Notes: generated by a model not told the origin, from the sequence alone. A DNA stretch of 64,000 bases from Candidatus Uhrbacteria bacterium (GCA_016844925.1 JAERTI010000038.1:130936-194935), one strand, 5' to 3'; positions 20,101 to 28,237 are shown, counted from the first letter of the stretch. Numbers and translations: made by a program.

Positions 20101-20202
20101 CTATACAAAAAAGCAGAAACAAAAGATGGTACATATAGGCTTATCAATGACCTAATCGCTGAAGGGGGAAATCTCTTTTGGAAATTAAAAGAAGTTCTGT
20201 AA
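17161..20202 (+). CDS. Large (1013 aa) alpha-helical hypothetical protein
   Basis: Long intact ORF, AT-rich, no P-loop recognised; starts 2 nt after the previous stop. Confidence 0.85.
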   Translation: MDQIELHKLIDLIVSKPPSDSLKEELTALLQINADARVYFFENVDDRWLDWLWRNNFLDVLKAGVENSIRYRYKTPELFYLSRISQTSPAPVVDTMLQVEISKENFNPEVVDQFLRIASELPATEIARLVLKIKEENWVELMSAFNDWGFEYKKMFEALSDAGDHESLLTLAEAVLSIKDQKAYKENSGDYFGGNPFYFKDLSYSSVFACLTEVAHDNVEKALSIACSALSAIVQLGDRAGEDSYFEYKDGFYLYDTDFFKLDLVKETNNSDRENVKSLAASIKKLVQRVFENRNKETSSNIFEKYIEALPSSPAMWRLKLYVLSLHPESLKEVAKKYFSALFDSIKSNKGYYEIASGAEYKKSLKKCFRIFDSEYQRDYVANVFKCFSSKRDDEREEGLYQRTGWEILSSICDSLNKKEQEECEKVFGKKCNAEYEPQPLIGKMRGGMISPRGLISQEEFDAIDVVDIVEKLKDEWTPERLKESNHFDNFTNPVNAEGVGSQIQSSIKNRLTDFAPHASLFFERGILDEHYTQSFYRGIWEAIRANKEEARRVDWGSLVNAIFDIVRSGAEKPFDFSKRERERFGGWLASWEGVHSIIADVLQELLSEVDGEPLVNFAEDRNEIFKILSYLLQNSDPKPEDEELETAVSKTRLPGGKDEYLVSDPFSIAINSVRGRAYQALALFVYQDGKGFLKDAAVKIADDVKGVYERLLKGENTRAIMFLFGHYLPSFYFRDKEWIRSLLPSIFTTNTERLYLYIAAWEGYLANNLYEEIFFETEFQKLYMRGLGVAGSQDPNRKYFKEPDEGLAVHLALAFMVYHQKFGFDDELFKKFWQQDVEQQVKFVNFIGRMFVSGDNKQANKLLENEPLVKQRLIEFWDWAIANKEEKKLFSGFGYWMSLDKNIFEPKWLAERIAQTLEKTSGALDWEYGLSKTIIKLAEEAPEETLAIIRLYLLEGGVRNKQLKMPFMRSDEWFEAIGILYKKAETKDGTYRLINDLIAEGGNLFWKLKEVL

Positions 20203-20282
20203 ACAAATCAACTATGACTCATTTTACTAAACTGGATATAAATAAGATGAACGTTTTGCGGGTAGGTTAACAGCGGAGTTGT

Positions 20283-20891
20283 ATGTCTAACGAATGGAAC
20301 GATTTAATTTCTCATCCAAACCACACCTTGCGTATTGGTGGAATTGAGATTGAGGTACATGATCAAGTATTTACACCAAATCCGAGTATTACATTTTCTA
20401 GCTCCATGATCCTCGATCATTTACCAGATGTGAATGGTAAACGCATACTAGATGTTGGCTGCGGGACAGGAGTTGTTGCCGTTCATTGCGCACTCGCTGG
20501 CGCAGGGCATGTTACGGCGGTCGACATTTCTAATAAGGCCATCAATAATACTCGTATCAATGTTGCGAAGCATGGCGTGGAGAAAGTTGTCACGGTGAAA
20601 AAATCAGACCTTTTTAGTAAAGTAACTGGACAATTTGATTATATTTTTGCAAACCTACCTATCTTAGAGGAGGTTTGGTCAGCGGATACGAACGTGGACA
20701 ATCTGATCGAACGTTTTGTCACAAAATATCCTGAATATCTCAATAGGGACGGATCAGCATTCTTTGTGTGGGGTTCTTTTGCTGACATCGCACCTGTGCT
20801 GGCGTTATTAGATCGGTGTAGAATTATTTTCACCCAAACGTCAGTAGAAAAACTGGGATACACGTGGACGTTGTTTGAATTGAAAAAATGA
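20283..20891 (+). CDS. HemK/PrmC-like class I SAM methyltransferase
   Basis: ILDVGCGTG, VDIS, SDLF, FDYIFANLP. Confidence 0.88.
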   Translation: MSNEWNDLISHPNHTLRIGGIEIEVHDQVFTPNPSITFSSSMILDHLPDVNGKRILDVGCGTGVVAVHCALAGAGHVTAVDISNKAINNTRINVAKHGVEKVVTVKKSDLFSKVTGQFDYIFANLPILEEVWSADTNVDNLIERFVTKYPEYLNRDGSAFFVWGSFADIAPVLALLDRCRIIFTQTSVEKLGYTWTLFELKK

Positions 20892-20892
20892 T

Positions 20893-21594
20893 ATGCCATT
20901 AGATAAAGTTACCTTTCAGAAGGATTGGTATGACCGCCTTGTATCCAAAACCAATGAAAAGACCGTTTTGCCTGACGCCATTAAATCACTTGTTTCAGAT
21001 CAGAGTGGTCATTGCTTGGAGATTGGCCTTGGAACATCGCCATTCTTTGCACAAAAGCTCGCCGATCAATTCGACAAGTACACCATTTTGGAAAAAGAGA
21101 CGGGAGAATATGAACTCCCAACTAACGCAGAGTTTATTGTTGGCGACTGGGAGTCGTATGGGTCACCAGACTTGTATGATGTCATTCTTGCATCTCATGT
21201 CGTCTACTACTTTGACGACAAACGTGCTGCTATCGACAAGATGGTTAACAAGCTCACAGAGAATGGCAAGCTACTCATTGTTGTGAATGGGTGTGATGGT
21301 GATTACGGACCGCTCAAATTAGCGTTTTCCGCTATGGTCAATCATCCGTATACGTTCACATACGATGTGGTTAAAGCTGTCTTGGACAGATACACATATA
21401 CCGAGCATAGCTTTCCGACAACGATTCCATTTAGTTCAGGTACCGATTTATTCGAAACACTCCGACTTTCCTTTGATCAGTACCCTGATGAGTATGAGGC
21501 GCACAAAGACGAGTTAATCACTTACTACGAAAATCAGACAAAAGACAATCTGTTTGTTATCAACCAGAAGGTGTTCGTTATTCAATCAAAATAA
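20893..21594 (+). CDS. Class I SAM-dependent methyltransferase
   Basis: LEIGLGT, YDVILASHVVYY, LTENGKLLI. Confidence 0.82.
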   Translation: MPLDKVTFQKDWYDRLVSKTNEKTVLPDAIKSLVSDQSGHCLEIGLGTSPFFAQKLADQFDKYTILEKETGEYELPTNAEFIVGDWESYGSPDLYDVILASHVVYYFDDKRAAIDKMVNKLTENGKLLIVVNGCDGDYGPLKLAFSAMVNHPYTFTYDVVKAVLDRYTYTEHSFPTTIPFSSGTDLFETLRLSFDQYPDEYEAHKDELITYYENQTKDNLFVINQKVFVIQSK

Positions 21595-21786
21595 TAAAAC
21601 ACCCCTCTCACATTCCCCGAACCTGCGTGTGTCCGCAATGTGTCCGTTTTGCGCCCAAAAATGTGAGTGAGGGTGTTTTATTGTGTGTAAGCGTGAGAAT
21701 CGTGAGAAAGCAACTTTGACCAATGTTTACGGCCTCATTAGAATCTTTTCCGTAATCCTAGCCACGTCCTGAATCCTTGCATGGGA

Positions 21787-21817
21787 GGGTTCGAATCCCT
21801 GTCCGGGAACCAAGAAA
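21787..21817 (+). repeat. att site (right copy)
   Basis: Identical to 12442-12472; followed by a variant of the same terminator. Confidence 0.93.
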
Positions 21818-21918
21818 AAACCGATGCAAGCGCATCGGTTTTTTCTTTTTATGATGAATAATCTACTTGTCATGCTTGGGGTTGGGTTGGTAATTGAAGG
21901 GTTTGCTACAATGCTTCC

Positions 21919-23079
21919 ATGTTATATCGACTGTTCACAAAGGTGGGTCTTGAGCATTTTGCTTTGGGTCTCCAATTACCAATTCTTGTAGCACTTCCAT
22001 TATCTCGAGGGTTGTCACTTGCTCAAATTGGAATCCTTGAAGCCATCTTAGCTATCGTCCTTTTTTGTTTTGAGGTGCCTAGTGGTTATGTGGCTGACAA
22101 ACTTGGTCGTAAGTACGCTATGGCGGCCAGTAGCCTAGCGTTCGCTGTAAGTTTCGGTTTGATTGCCGTTGCGCAGGATTTCACGGCATTCATTCTGCCG
22201 TTCATGTTTATGGGGGCAGGGTTTGCCATGCTCTCTGGTGCCGATGAAGCGTACTTGTTTGATGCGCTGAAAGACGAAAATAAAGAAAAAGAATACAAGC
22301 GTTGGTTTGGTCGTCTGACAATTATTGATGAGCTCGTTACCATCGTTGGTCTTGGTGTTTCGACACTCGTCGCTTATTTCATGACTCCTTCGGCGGTATT
22401 TGGTTTTGCCGCATTGGCAATGGTTGTTACGGCGATCTACACACTCATTTTTTTAAAAGAAACTCGCGCCCACTCAACAGAACCAAAAAGTCTTGTGCAA
22501 GCCTTTGAGCAAGAACCAGTCTCTGTCTCAAAACGGGCGATTCTTTTCCTAAAAACGCATGCCTCATTTGCGATCATCCTGCTTGCCTTTGCGCTACTCG
22601 ACGAGTCGGGACGTCTTCTTTGGCAGCCACGGATGCTTGATCTTGGATTCACTATCTCTGCCCTTGGAATGATCTATGCTGGCCTTAAGGTCTTTTCCAT
22701 TATTGGCGCGTGGCTTTCAGGGAATCTCAACGGAAACGTTGGTCGCATACATTTTTTTGTTGTGGGAACATTAGCGGCCTTGGCGTTTGTTCTTGTCGGG
22801 TTTGGAAATGTGTATGTGGCGATTGGGGGATTGGGGATGTACTTCCTGATCGAAAATGCCTTTCGTGTGTTTCGTTCTGAATACCTCAACCAGCGTGTTG
22901 AATCGAAGTATCGTGCCACGTTTCTTTCGTTGAACAGTTTTAGCACCTCAACATTTGCCGCGCTGTTTGTTGTTGGATTGGGGGCTGTTGCGGACCAAAG
23001 ATTGTTCTATGGATTCATGTTGCTCGTTGGGATAAAGCTTCTCGCCTCATTCGTTTCGCTGGCACTTCCGAAATCATAA
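21919..23079 (+). CDS. MFS transporter
   Basis: EVPSGYVADKLGRK motif A; ~12 TM; SKYRATFLS. Confidence 0.92.
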   Translation: MLYRLFTKVGLEHFALGLQLPILVALPLSRGLSLAQIGILEAILAIVLFCFEVPSGYVADKLGRKYAMAASSLAFAVSFGLIAVAQDFTAFILPFMFMGAGFAMLSGADEAYLFDALKDENKEKEYKRWFGRLTIIDELVTIVGLGVSTLVAYFMTPSAVFGFAALAMVVTAIYTLIFLKETRAHSTEPKSLVQAFEQEPVSVSKRAILFLKTHASFAIILLAFALLDESGRLLWQPRMLDLGFTISALGMIYAGLKVFSIIGAWLSGNLNGNVGRIHFFVVGTLAALAFVLVGFGNVYVAIGGLGMYFLIENAFRVFRSEYLNQRVESKYRATFLSLNSFSTSTFAALFVVGLGAVADQRLFYGFMLLVGIKLLASFVSLALPKS

Positions 23080-23106
23080 AAGTGAAAGAATGATTACGGT
23101 GCAATC

Positions 23107-23135
23107 TTGACAACGATGGAGAGAACGTTTATTCT
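23107..23135 (+). promoter_or_regulatory. sigma70 promoter
   Basis: TTGACA(23107-12)-17 nt-TATTCT(23130-35). Confidence 0.75.
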
Positions 23136-23138
23136 TCC

Positions 23139-23567
23139 AACCTCCTTACAGAACTGAATTGTTCAGTCGGCGACTTCCTGAGCCGTAAATCCAGGAGAAA
23201 CAAAGGTAATCCCTTGTTCCTGCTCAAACACTTGAGCGGTTTTGAACAAGGGATTTTCTTTATTCCCAATGGTCACGAAGTCGTCTTTTCTTTGTTGCTC
23301 TTCAGCGGCAGAGATAAGACGACTTACTTTCCTGGTCTTGCGACTCATCAGGAAAGGTGACCGACGACTAGAAGCTTCCAGACGTGGGTGTAGGGGCAGC
23401 TTCTAGAAAAGACACCAAGCGAACGTATGTGCCTATTGTGCAGTGAGTCAGCGTTCGAACCAATTCCCAATTACGTCTTTTGCCCAGTCTGGTGTCCTGG
23501 GCAAGGTCTTAGGCCCGAGAACTCGTTTGTCGTGCCTAAGACCTTCAACGATCACCTGGAGGAGGTT
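23139..23567 (+). ncRNA. Candidate large structured RNA / 5' leader of unknown class
   Basis: At least eight helices, several with G-U pairs, closed by pairing of the 5' end with the SD of the downstream ORF. Confidence 0.65.
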
Positions 23568-23569
23568 AC

Positions 23570-23920
23570 ATGGCTCTTGAGGGTATCTGGTTCAGCACTT
23601 TTGTTGTGGTGGCAGTGATCCTGTACATGCAGGGGAAGGTACTTTTCACCGTCTGTGGGTTCGCGGTAGTTCATCGCGTTCACATGCTGGAGTGTGCCTA
23701 CTCGCTTCACCGGATCTTCCCCAAGGCGGAGGAGTTGCGTGAAACGCTGGACAGGATTCACGACCGTCTCAGCGCTGACGAACCTCTGTCGGTCCAGCAC
23801 AGGAAGGATCTTCATGCCATGATGATGATGCTTGTGCTGACGCAGAGGGCACAGGAGATGGAGCTTCAGAAGATTCAGCCCATGAGAGAGGAGTTCATGA
23901 GTTCCATGAACGGCAAGTAG
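23570..23920 (+). CDS. Hypothetical 116-aa protein with N-terminal TM helix
   Basis: SD GGAGGAGG; hydrophobic N-terminus then helical region. Confidence 0.7.
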   Translation: MALEGIWFSTFVVVAVILYMQGKVLFTVCGFAVVHRVHMLECAYSLHRIFPKAEELRETLDRIHDRLSADEPLSVQHRKDLHAMMMMLVLTQRAQEMELQKIQPMREEFMSSMNGK

Positions 23921-24065
23921 GCTTGAGCTGAGATGCTCATGGTTGTCAGGCATAAAACCATCACAGGAAGATGTGTGATGGAGGGCATCAACGCGCCCGT
24001 CACGGCCCAGATACGTCTGGGCAGCTCGACAGAGCATATCACTTAGTAAGTGACATATTCAGAGA

Positions 24066-24099
24066 GCATAAAACACACCCGTATGGGTGTGTTTTATGT
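24066..24099. terminator. Bidirectional intrinsic terminator
   Basis: cataaaacacaccc-gtat-gggtgtgttttatg. Confidence 0.8.
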
Positions 24100-24114
24100 T
24101 GCTGGCAGCGATGT

Positions 24115-25017
24115 CTACGGTGCCAGTAAGTTTTCGATGGTCTGTGTTTGAATGCCTTCTACGACGAAGAGTTGATAGACCTGTTCAAGATCCGCGAGGG
24201 TCTCTTCGTTAAAGGTTTTGTCTGTCAGGGTCAGGCCAAGGTATTCGTCGTCACGCATATCTTCGAGAGCTTCTGCGATGTGCTCGTAGGTGGCGTTGCG
24301 TGATGCGCTGATCATTCCTACACCAAACGGCGCCTTTGTCAGGAATGTGACTTCAGTCTCTCCCATGGTTTCTTGGAACGGTGGACCAACGAGATCCTCG
24401 TAACTTGGTGGCGATCCGCCGGCGCTTCCGTAGATCACTCCTTCTGGCCACTCCTCGGCGTCTTTTGTTCCGCTGCCCACGAGGATCTCACCGTCAGCTG
24501 TGATGGCTGTCACGATTTCCATGAGCTCATCGACCGTTCCTTCGTAACCGCGTGTTCCGATGAGTGATGCGTCATTTGTGTATCCGTCCCATTCAGCATG
24601 GCTGGGGTCGTGGTGATGTGCGGCAATCTCATGGCCGCTCTCTTCCCAGTCCCTTACTAACTCGAGAGCTTCTGCATTTGACGTGACGAACTCGGCGACA
24701 GATGGGGAGAAGTGTAACGAGAGTTTCATCTCGTACTCATCAGAGAGCTCTACGATAGATTGGACGGTCTGCCAGTGGTCAAGCGTGTCTCTTTGATTAG
24801 ATGTTGGTTCGATGTGAACATTGATGACAGCGCCAATGGTCTGCTCATCGATTTCATTCCCGTCGACCGCTTCGTCTTCAACGATCTTTTCCTCGATGGT
24901 GACAAACGGTTCTTCAACAAATTCAGGTGGTTGATTGAGGGACCAGAGGGCCCAGCCAAGTCCTGCTGTCATGACAACAAGGACGGCAATAATCCCATAA
25001 AGATAGTTATTTTCCAT
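24115..25017 (-). CDS. Membrane-anchored polysaccharide deacetylase-like (NodB-like) protein
   Basis: N-terminal TM; INVHIE, LSLHF, GHEIAAHHH. Confidence 0.65.
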   Translation of the reverse strand: MENNYLYGIIAVLVVMTAGLGWALWSLNQPPEFVEEPFVTIEEKIVEDEAVDGNEIDEQTIGAVINVHIEPTSNQRDTLDHWQTVQSIVELSDEYEMKLSLHFSPSVAEFVTSNAEALELVRDWEESGHEIAAHHHDPSHAEWDGYTNDASLIGTRGYEGTVDELMEIVTAITADGEILVGSGTKDAEEWPEGVIYGSAGGSPPSYEDLVGPPFQETMGETEVTFLTKAPFGVGMISASRNATYEHIAEALEDMRDDEYLGLTLTDKTFNEETLADLEQVYQLFVVEGIQTQTIENLLAP

Positions 25018-25094
25018 ACCGACCCATTATGACACCCTTGACGAGCCTCAGGCAAGTTGCTAGCGTGCGCGGTCGCTTGCAAGGGGGTTTTCCA

Positions 25095-25679
25095 ATGCAC
25101 GACACCTCGAGAACCTTTGTTGTCCCTTCGTCTGAGCTGAGCTTGCTCGCACAGATGTCCGGCCCGATCTGGGCCTGGGAGCGCCGACGTGCTCTCGCCA
25201 TCGCGCGGTGGGTCACCCTGCCGCTGGCTGCGCTTGTGACGGTTGCTATCGTCGCGATGTTCTGGACGGCGCCGCCGTACTGGCTGTACTGGTGGAGCTG
25301 GCAGGAAATGCTTCAGCTGGTCGGAACCCTCATTGGGGGTTGGGCCATGCTCAAGACGGCCTCACTCACGCGCAAGCTTCGGTGGGCGAACGATCCGATC
25401 GTGGAGCGCGCCGCCAAGCTGGCACAGAGGATCCGGAACTACAACGCCGTCGCCTACCAGTACGACGTCTGCCTGCGAGGTTCTGCGCTCGCCGCAGAGA
25501 TGTTGAAGGAAGATCGGCTCAACATGCACGTGCGCCGCACGCACCTGGTGGCCTGCTACGAGCGCCTCGTGCCCGAGCTGCGCCCGTGGCTGCGCGCCAA
25601 CACCGGCTTCTGGCCGCGTCTCCCTCGGCTGCCTTCGCTGCGCCCTACGCTCATGCCGGTGCCGCTGGAGAACAAGTAG
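25095..25679 (+). CDS. Hypothetical 2-TM protein, GC-rich stand-alone unit
   Basis: TTGACG(25038)-17-TAGCGT, SD-like AGGGGG, ATG 25095, terminator 25702-25729. Confidence 0.7.
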   Translation: MHDTSRTFVVPSSELSLLAQMSGPIWAWERRRALAIARWVTLPLAALVTVAIVAMFWTAPPYWLYWWSWQEMLQLVGTLIGGWAMLKTASLTRKLRWANDPIVERAAKLAQRIRNYNAVAYQYDVCLRGSALAAEMLKEDRLNMHVRRTHLVACYERLVPELRPWLRANTGFWPRLPRLPSLRPTLMPVPLENK

Positions 25680-25752
25680 CAGGTACGCCACCTGCCACGA
25701 TCGCGAGACTTGCTCTCGCGTTTTATTTTAGAGTGGTGGCAGGGCTTACCTA

Positions 25753-25907
25753 TTGACAAAACGGCATTTTTGAGCTATAGTCGGTCGTAAAATTCAAGTG
25801 ATTTCCGTGTATGGCCTGATAGTCTAATCACTAAAAAAGCAACTTCCCGACGGAAAGGGGCGTGCATATTTGATCGAGCTTTCGATTCAATATGTACGCC
25901 TCTTTTG
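25753..25907 (+). promoter_or_regulatory. Promoter plus leader with attenuator-like terminator
   Basis: TTGACA-17-TATAGT; long hairpin 25856-25903 followed by T run, upstream of the ATG at 25943. Confidence 0.6.
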
Positions 25908-25942
25908 CTTTAACGCGCTTCGTCTACGTATCCGTAACTTCT

Positions 25943-27298
25943 ATGAACACACGTATTTTTTCAAAATCACTTTTCATCTCAGTTCTTGTGATTGCTGCGC
26001 TAGCGTCTGCTTCTCCCACTTTGGCTCGTGGGATGAATCACGGCGATCGGCCACTATTGAGTTGTGATGAATCAAAGGCGGTCTATGAGCTTCAGGACGA
26101 TGGTTCAATTCGGTCGTTTGCCACGGAGAAACTTTTCTATTCGTACTACAAGAGTTTCGATGCTCTTAAGAGTGTCTCTTGTGAAGAACTTCGTGCTTAC
26201 CAGATGGGCCCACAGATTAGATACACAGAACTGGCTGGGTTGTTTAAACATGAGTCTCGTCCTGATGTGTACGCCATTGATCTGGATTACATGACACTGA
26301 GAGGGAATCGAATTGAGCATCTTCAAGATGAGCAATCGGCTCGGGTTCATTTTGGTCCCGAGTGGCAGAAGAAGATAGTTGTGTATTCAAATGAGAAGTG
26401 GAAGCGTGAGATGACAGGCATCTATGTTGATGCGGGGTATGCAAAGGAGATCATGCTCGTGAAGTCAAAACGTTCTCCTGATGTCTTTGTCTTGAATGGA
26501 ACGCAGAAGGATACCTATGTACTGGAGAACGAAAAGCAGGCAGAAGAACGCTTCGGGAAAGATTGGAATCAATTGGTTGCCGAGATTGGTGACGAGCACC
26601 TCGAGAGCCTTCGTGCAATGCTCGTGCCTCTTGAGGAGACTGAGGATCCCAAGACGTCAGAGCAGAGCGTAAATCGTTCTACGCCAGAGCGGGTGCCCAC
26701 AACACAAGCACCTGTCGCGGTACATTCCGTGGCGAGAGAGGTGAAAGGGCGTGTTATTGATGCTGTGAGTGGGCTTCCGGTTGTAGGGGTTACGGCTGCG
26801 GTTTCAGGTTCAAGTATTCATGCTGTTACTGATACAAATGGAGAGTTCGTACTTACGTATTCAAGTGGGGTGGAGTATCGACAGGTCTCTATTGCCACTA
26901 GCAGATGGTATAAGCCTTCTCAGGTGAAAACGATGTTTGTGGGAGACTCTGTCGTGTTTAGTCTTGAGCCAGCGCGAGCTGATCGGAACTATGGTTTGGA
27001 GCACCCTGTGGTTAGCTACCAACCTTCCTCAAACGGAGGTGTTCAGTTGTCAGGGTATGTGTACGATGCCGTAACAGGCGAGTCGGTACCGAACGCATCT
27101 GTTGTTGCATCTCATGGTTCAATTTCTGGTCGAACAGATGCAAGTGGCTACTTTGTTACTAGGGCAACACGGGGCACGCATAGACTGTATGTGATGTATC
27201 GCGACGCTCAACAGAGACAGAAGATCGTTCCTGTGTACTATCAGGTGAATCTCGCACAGGGATCTCGGGCAGAAGTGATACTTACCATCGAGAGGTAA
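25943..27298 (+). CDS. Secreted protein with tandem repeats and two carboxypeptidase-regulatory-like beta-sandwich domains
   Basis: Signal peptide; PDV...FG..W repeats; KGRVIDAVSGLP..TDTNGEF and SGYVYDAVTGES..TDASGYF. Confidence 0.8.
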   Translation: MNTRIFSKSLFISVLVIAALASASPTLARGMNHGDRPLLSCDESKAVYELQDDGSIRSFATEKLFYSYYKSFDALKSVSCEELRAYQMGPQIRYTELAGLFKHESRPDVYAIDLDYMTLRGNRIEHLQDEQSARVHFGPEWQKKIVVYSNEKWKREMTGIYVDAGYAKEIMLVKSKRSPDVFVLNGTQKDTYVLENEKQAEERFGKDWNQLVAEIGDEHLESLRAMLVPLEETEDPKTSEQSVNRSTPERVPTTQAPVAVHSVAREVKGRVIDAVSGLPVVGVTAAVSGSSIHAVTDTNGEFVLTYSSGVEYRQVSIATSRWYKPSQVKTMFVGDSVVFSLEPARADRNYGLEHPVVSYQPSSNGGVQLSGYVYDAVTGESVPNASVVASHGSISGRTDASGYFVTRATRGTHRLYVMYRDAQQRQKIVPVYYQVNLAQGSRAEVILTIER

Positions 27299-27357
27299 TG
27301 ATTGAAAAAAAGTGGCCATAGGGCCACTTTTTGGTTTATGGAACGTGTGGAGTTCCG

Positions 27358-28236
27358 TTATTTCGATTGTTTCGCAGCGTACTCGATCATGGTTTTTGCT
27401 ACGTCGACGCCGGTGACTCTCTCCAGCTCTTTGAAGCCGGGGTTTGAGTTTACTTCTAGGACCAGAGGGCCACGTTTGGATCGGATGATGTCGACGCCGG
27501 CGATTTCTAGGTTAAAGACCTTTGCGCATTCTTTTGCCAGGGCGATCTCTTCAAGGGTGAGGTCAACTTGGTGACCGGTCCCACCGTTTGATGTATTTGC
27601 ACGAATGTCTCCAATGGGAGCCTGGCGTTCCATGGCCGCGATGACTTCGCCCCCTACGACGAGCACGCGCAGGTCCTTTCGTTTGGCTTCTTCGACGAAT
27701 TCTTCAACGATGAGAGGGTTGCGGTCTCGAATCACGAGATATTCTGCAATGGGGCGGAGCGTTTCAGGGTTCTCTGCGTAGAAGATGCCCTTACCATGCG
27801 TGCCGAAGGCGACCTTGAGAACGACGGGGAAGTTGATCTGACTCGCGAGCTCCAAAGCCTGCGTAGGGTCACGCGTGATGCCCCACTTAGGGCAGGGAAG
27901 ATTGTGCTCATCAAACACCATGTGCTGGATGAGCTTATTTTTTGTCCACGTAAATGTTGGTGTGCCGTTGATGATGCGCTGACCGCTGGCAAGGAGCTTG
28001 CGGACGGCGTAGGTGCGCAGGCTAGGTTCCTCAATGAAGTTTGGTCGAGAAATAATGACGTCGACATTCGGCAGAGCTTCACCTTGGTGTCGGATATCGC
28101 CGTTGAGAAATGAAAGACGGGGTTCGTAGATTTTGACCACGGTGTGGCCCATTGACTCGCCAGCTTCAATCAACCGGTCCACTCCTGTATGAACTTCGAG
28201 CTTGGGTTCAGAGAAGATGAGAATGCCAATGGTCAT
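27358..28236 (-). CDS. RimK-family ATP-grasp ligase
   Basis: FPVVLK..GTHGKGI, EEFV, DLRVLVVGG, RAN..GG, GVDI, LEVNSNPG. Confidence 0.92.
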   Translation of the reverse strand: MTIGILIFSEPKLEVHTGVDRLIEAGESMGHTVVKIYEPRLSFLNGDIRHQGEALPNVDVIISRPNFIEEPSLRTYAVRKLLASGQRIINGTPTFTWTKNKLIQHMVFDEHNLPCPKWGITRDPTQALELASQINFPVVLKVAFGTHGKGIFYAENPETLRPIAEYLVIRDRNPLIVEEFVEEAKRKDLRVLVVGGEVIAAMERQAPIGDIRANTSNGGTGHQVDLTLEEIALAKECAKVFNLEIAGVDIIRSKRGPLVLEVNSNPGFKELERVTGVDVAKTMIEYAAKQSK

Positions 28237-28237
28237 A

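Larger units (their letters stand above)
12442..21817. mobile_element. Integrative element (~9.4 kb) in tRNA-Gln
   Basis: 31-bp exact direct repeat of the tRNA 3' end; tyrosine integrase and excisionase adjacent; AT-richer cargo. Confidence 0.92.

Noticed and set aside
23427-23618. Cys-rich 63-aa ORF overlapping the 23570 gene (mok-like), and antisense ORF 23163-23348
   Set aside because: No SD and both lie within the helical region; not supported as coding, though translational coupling is not excluded
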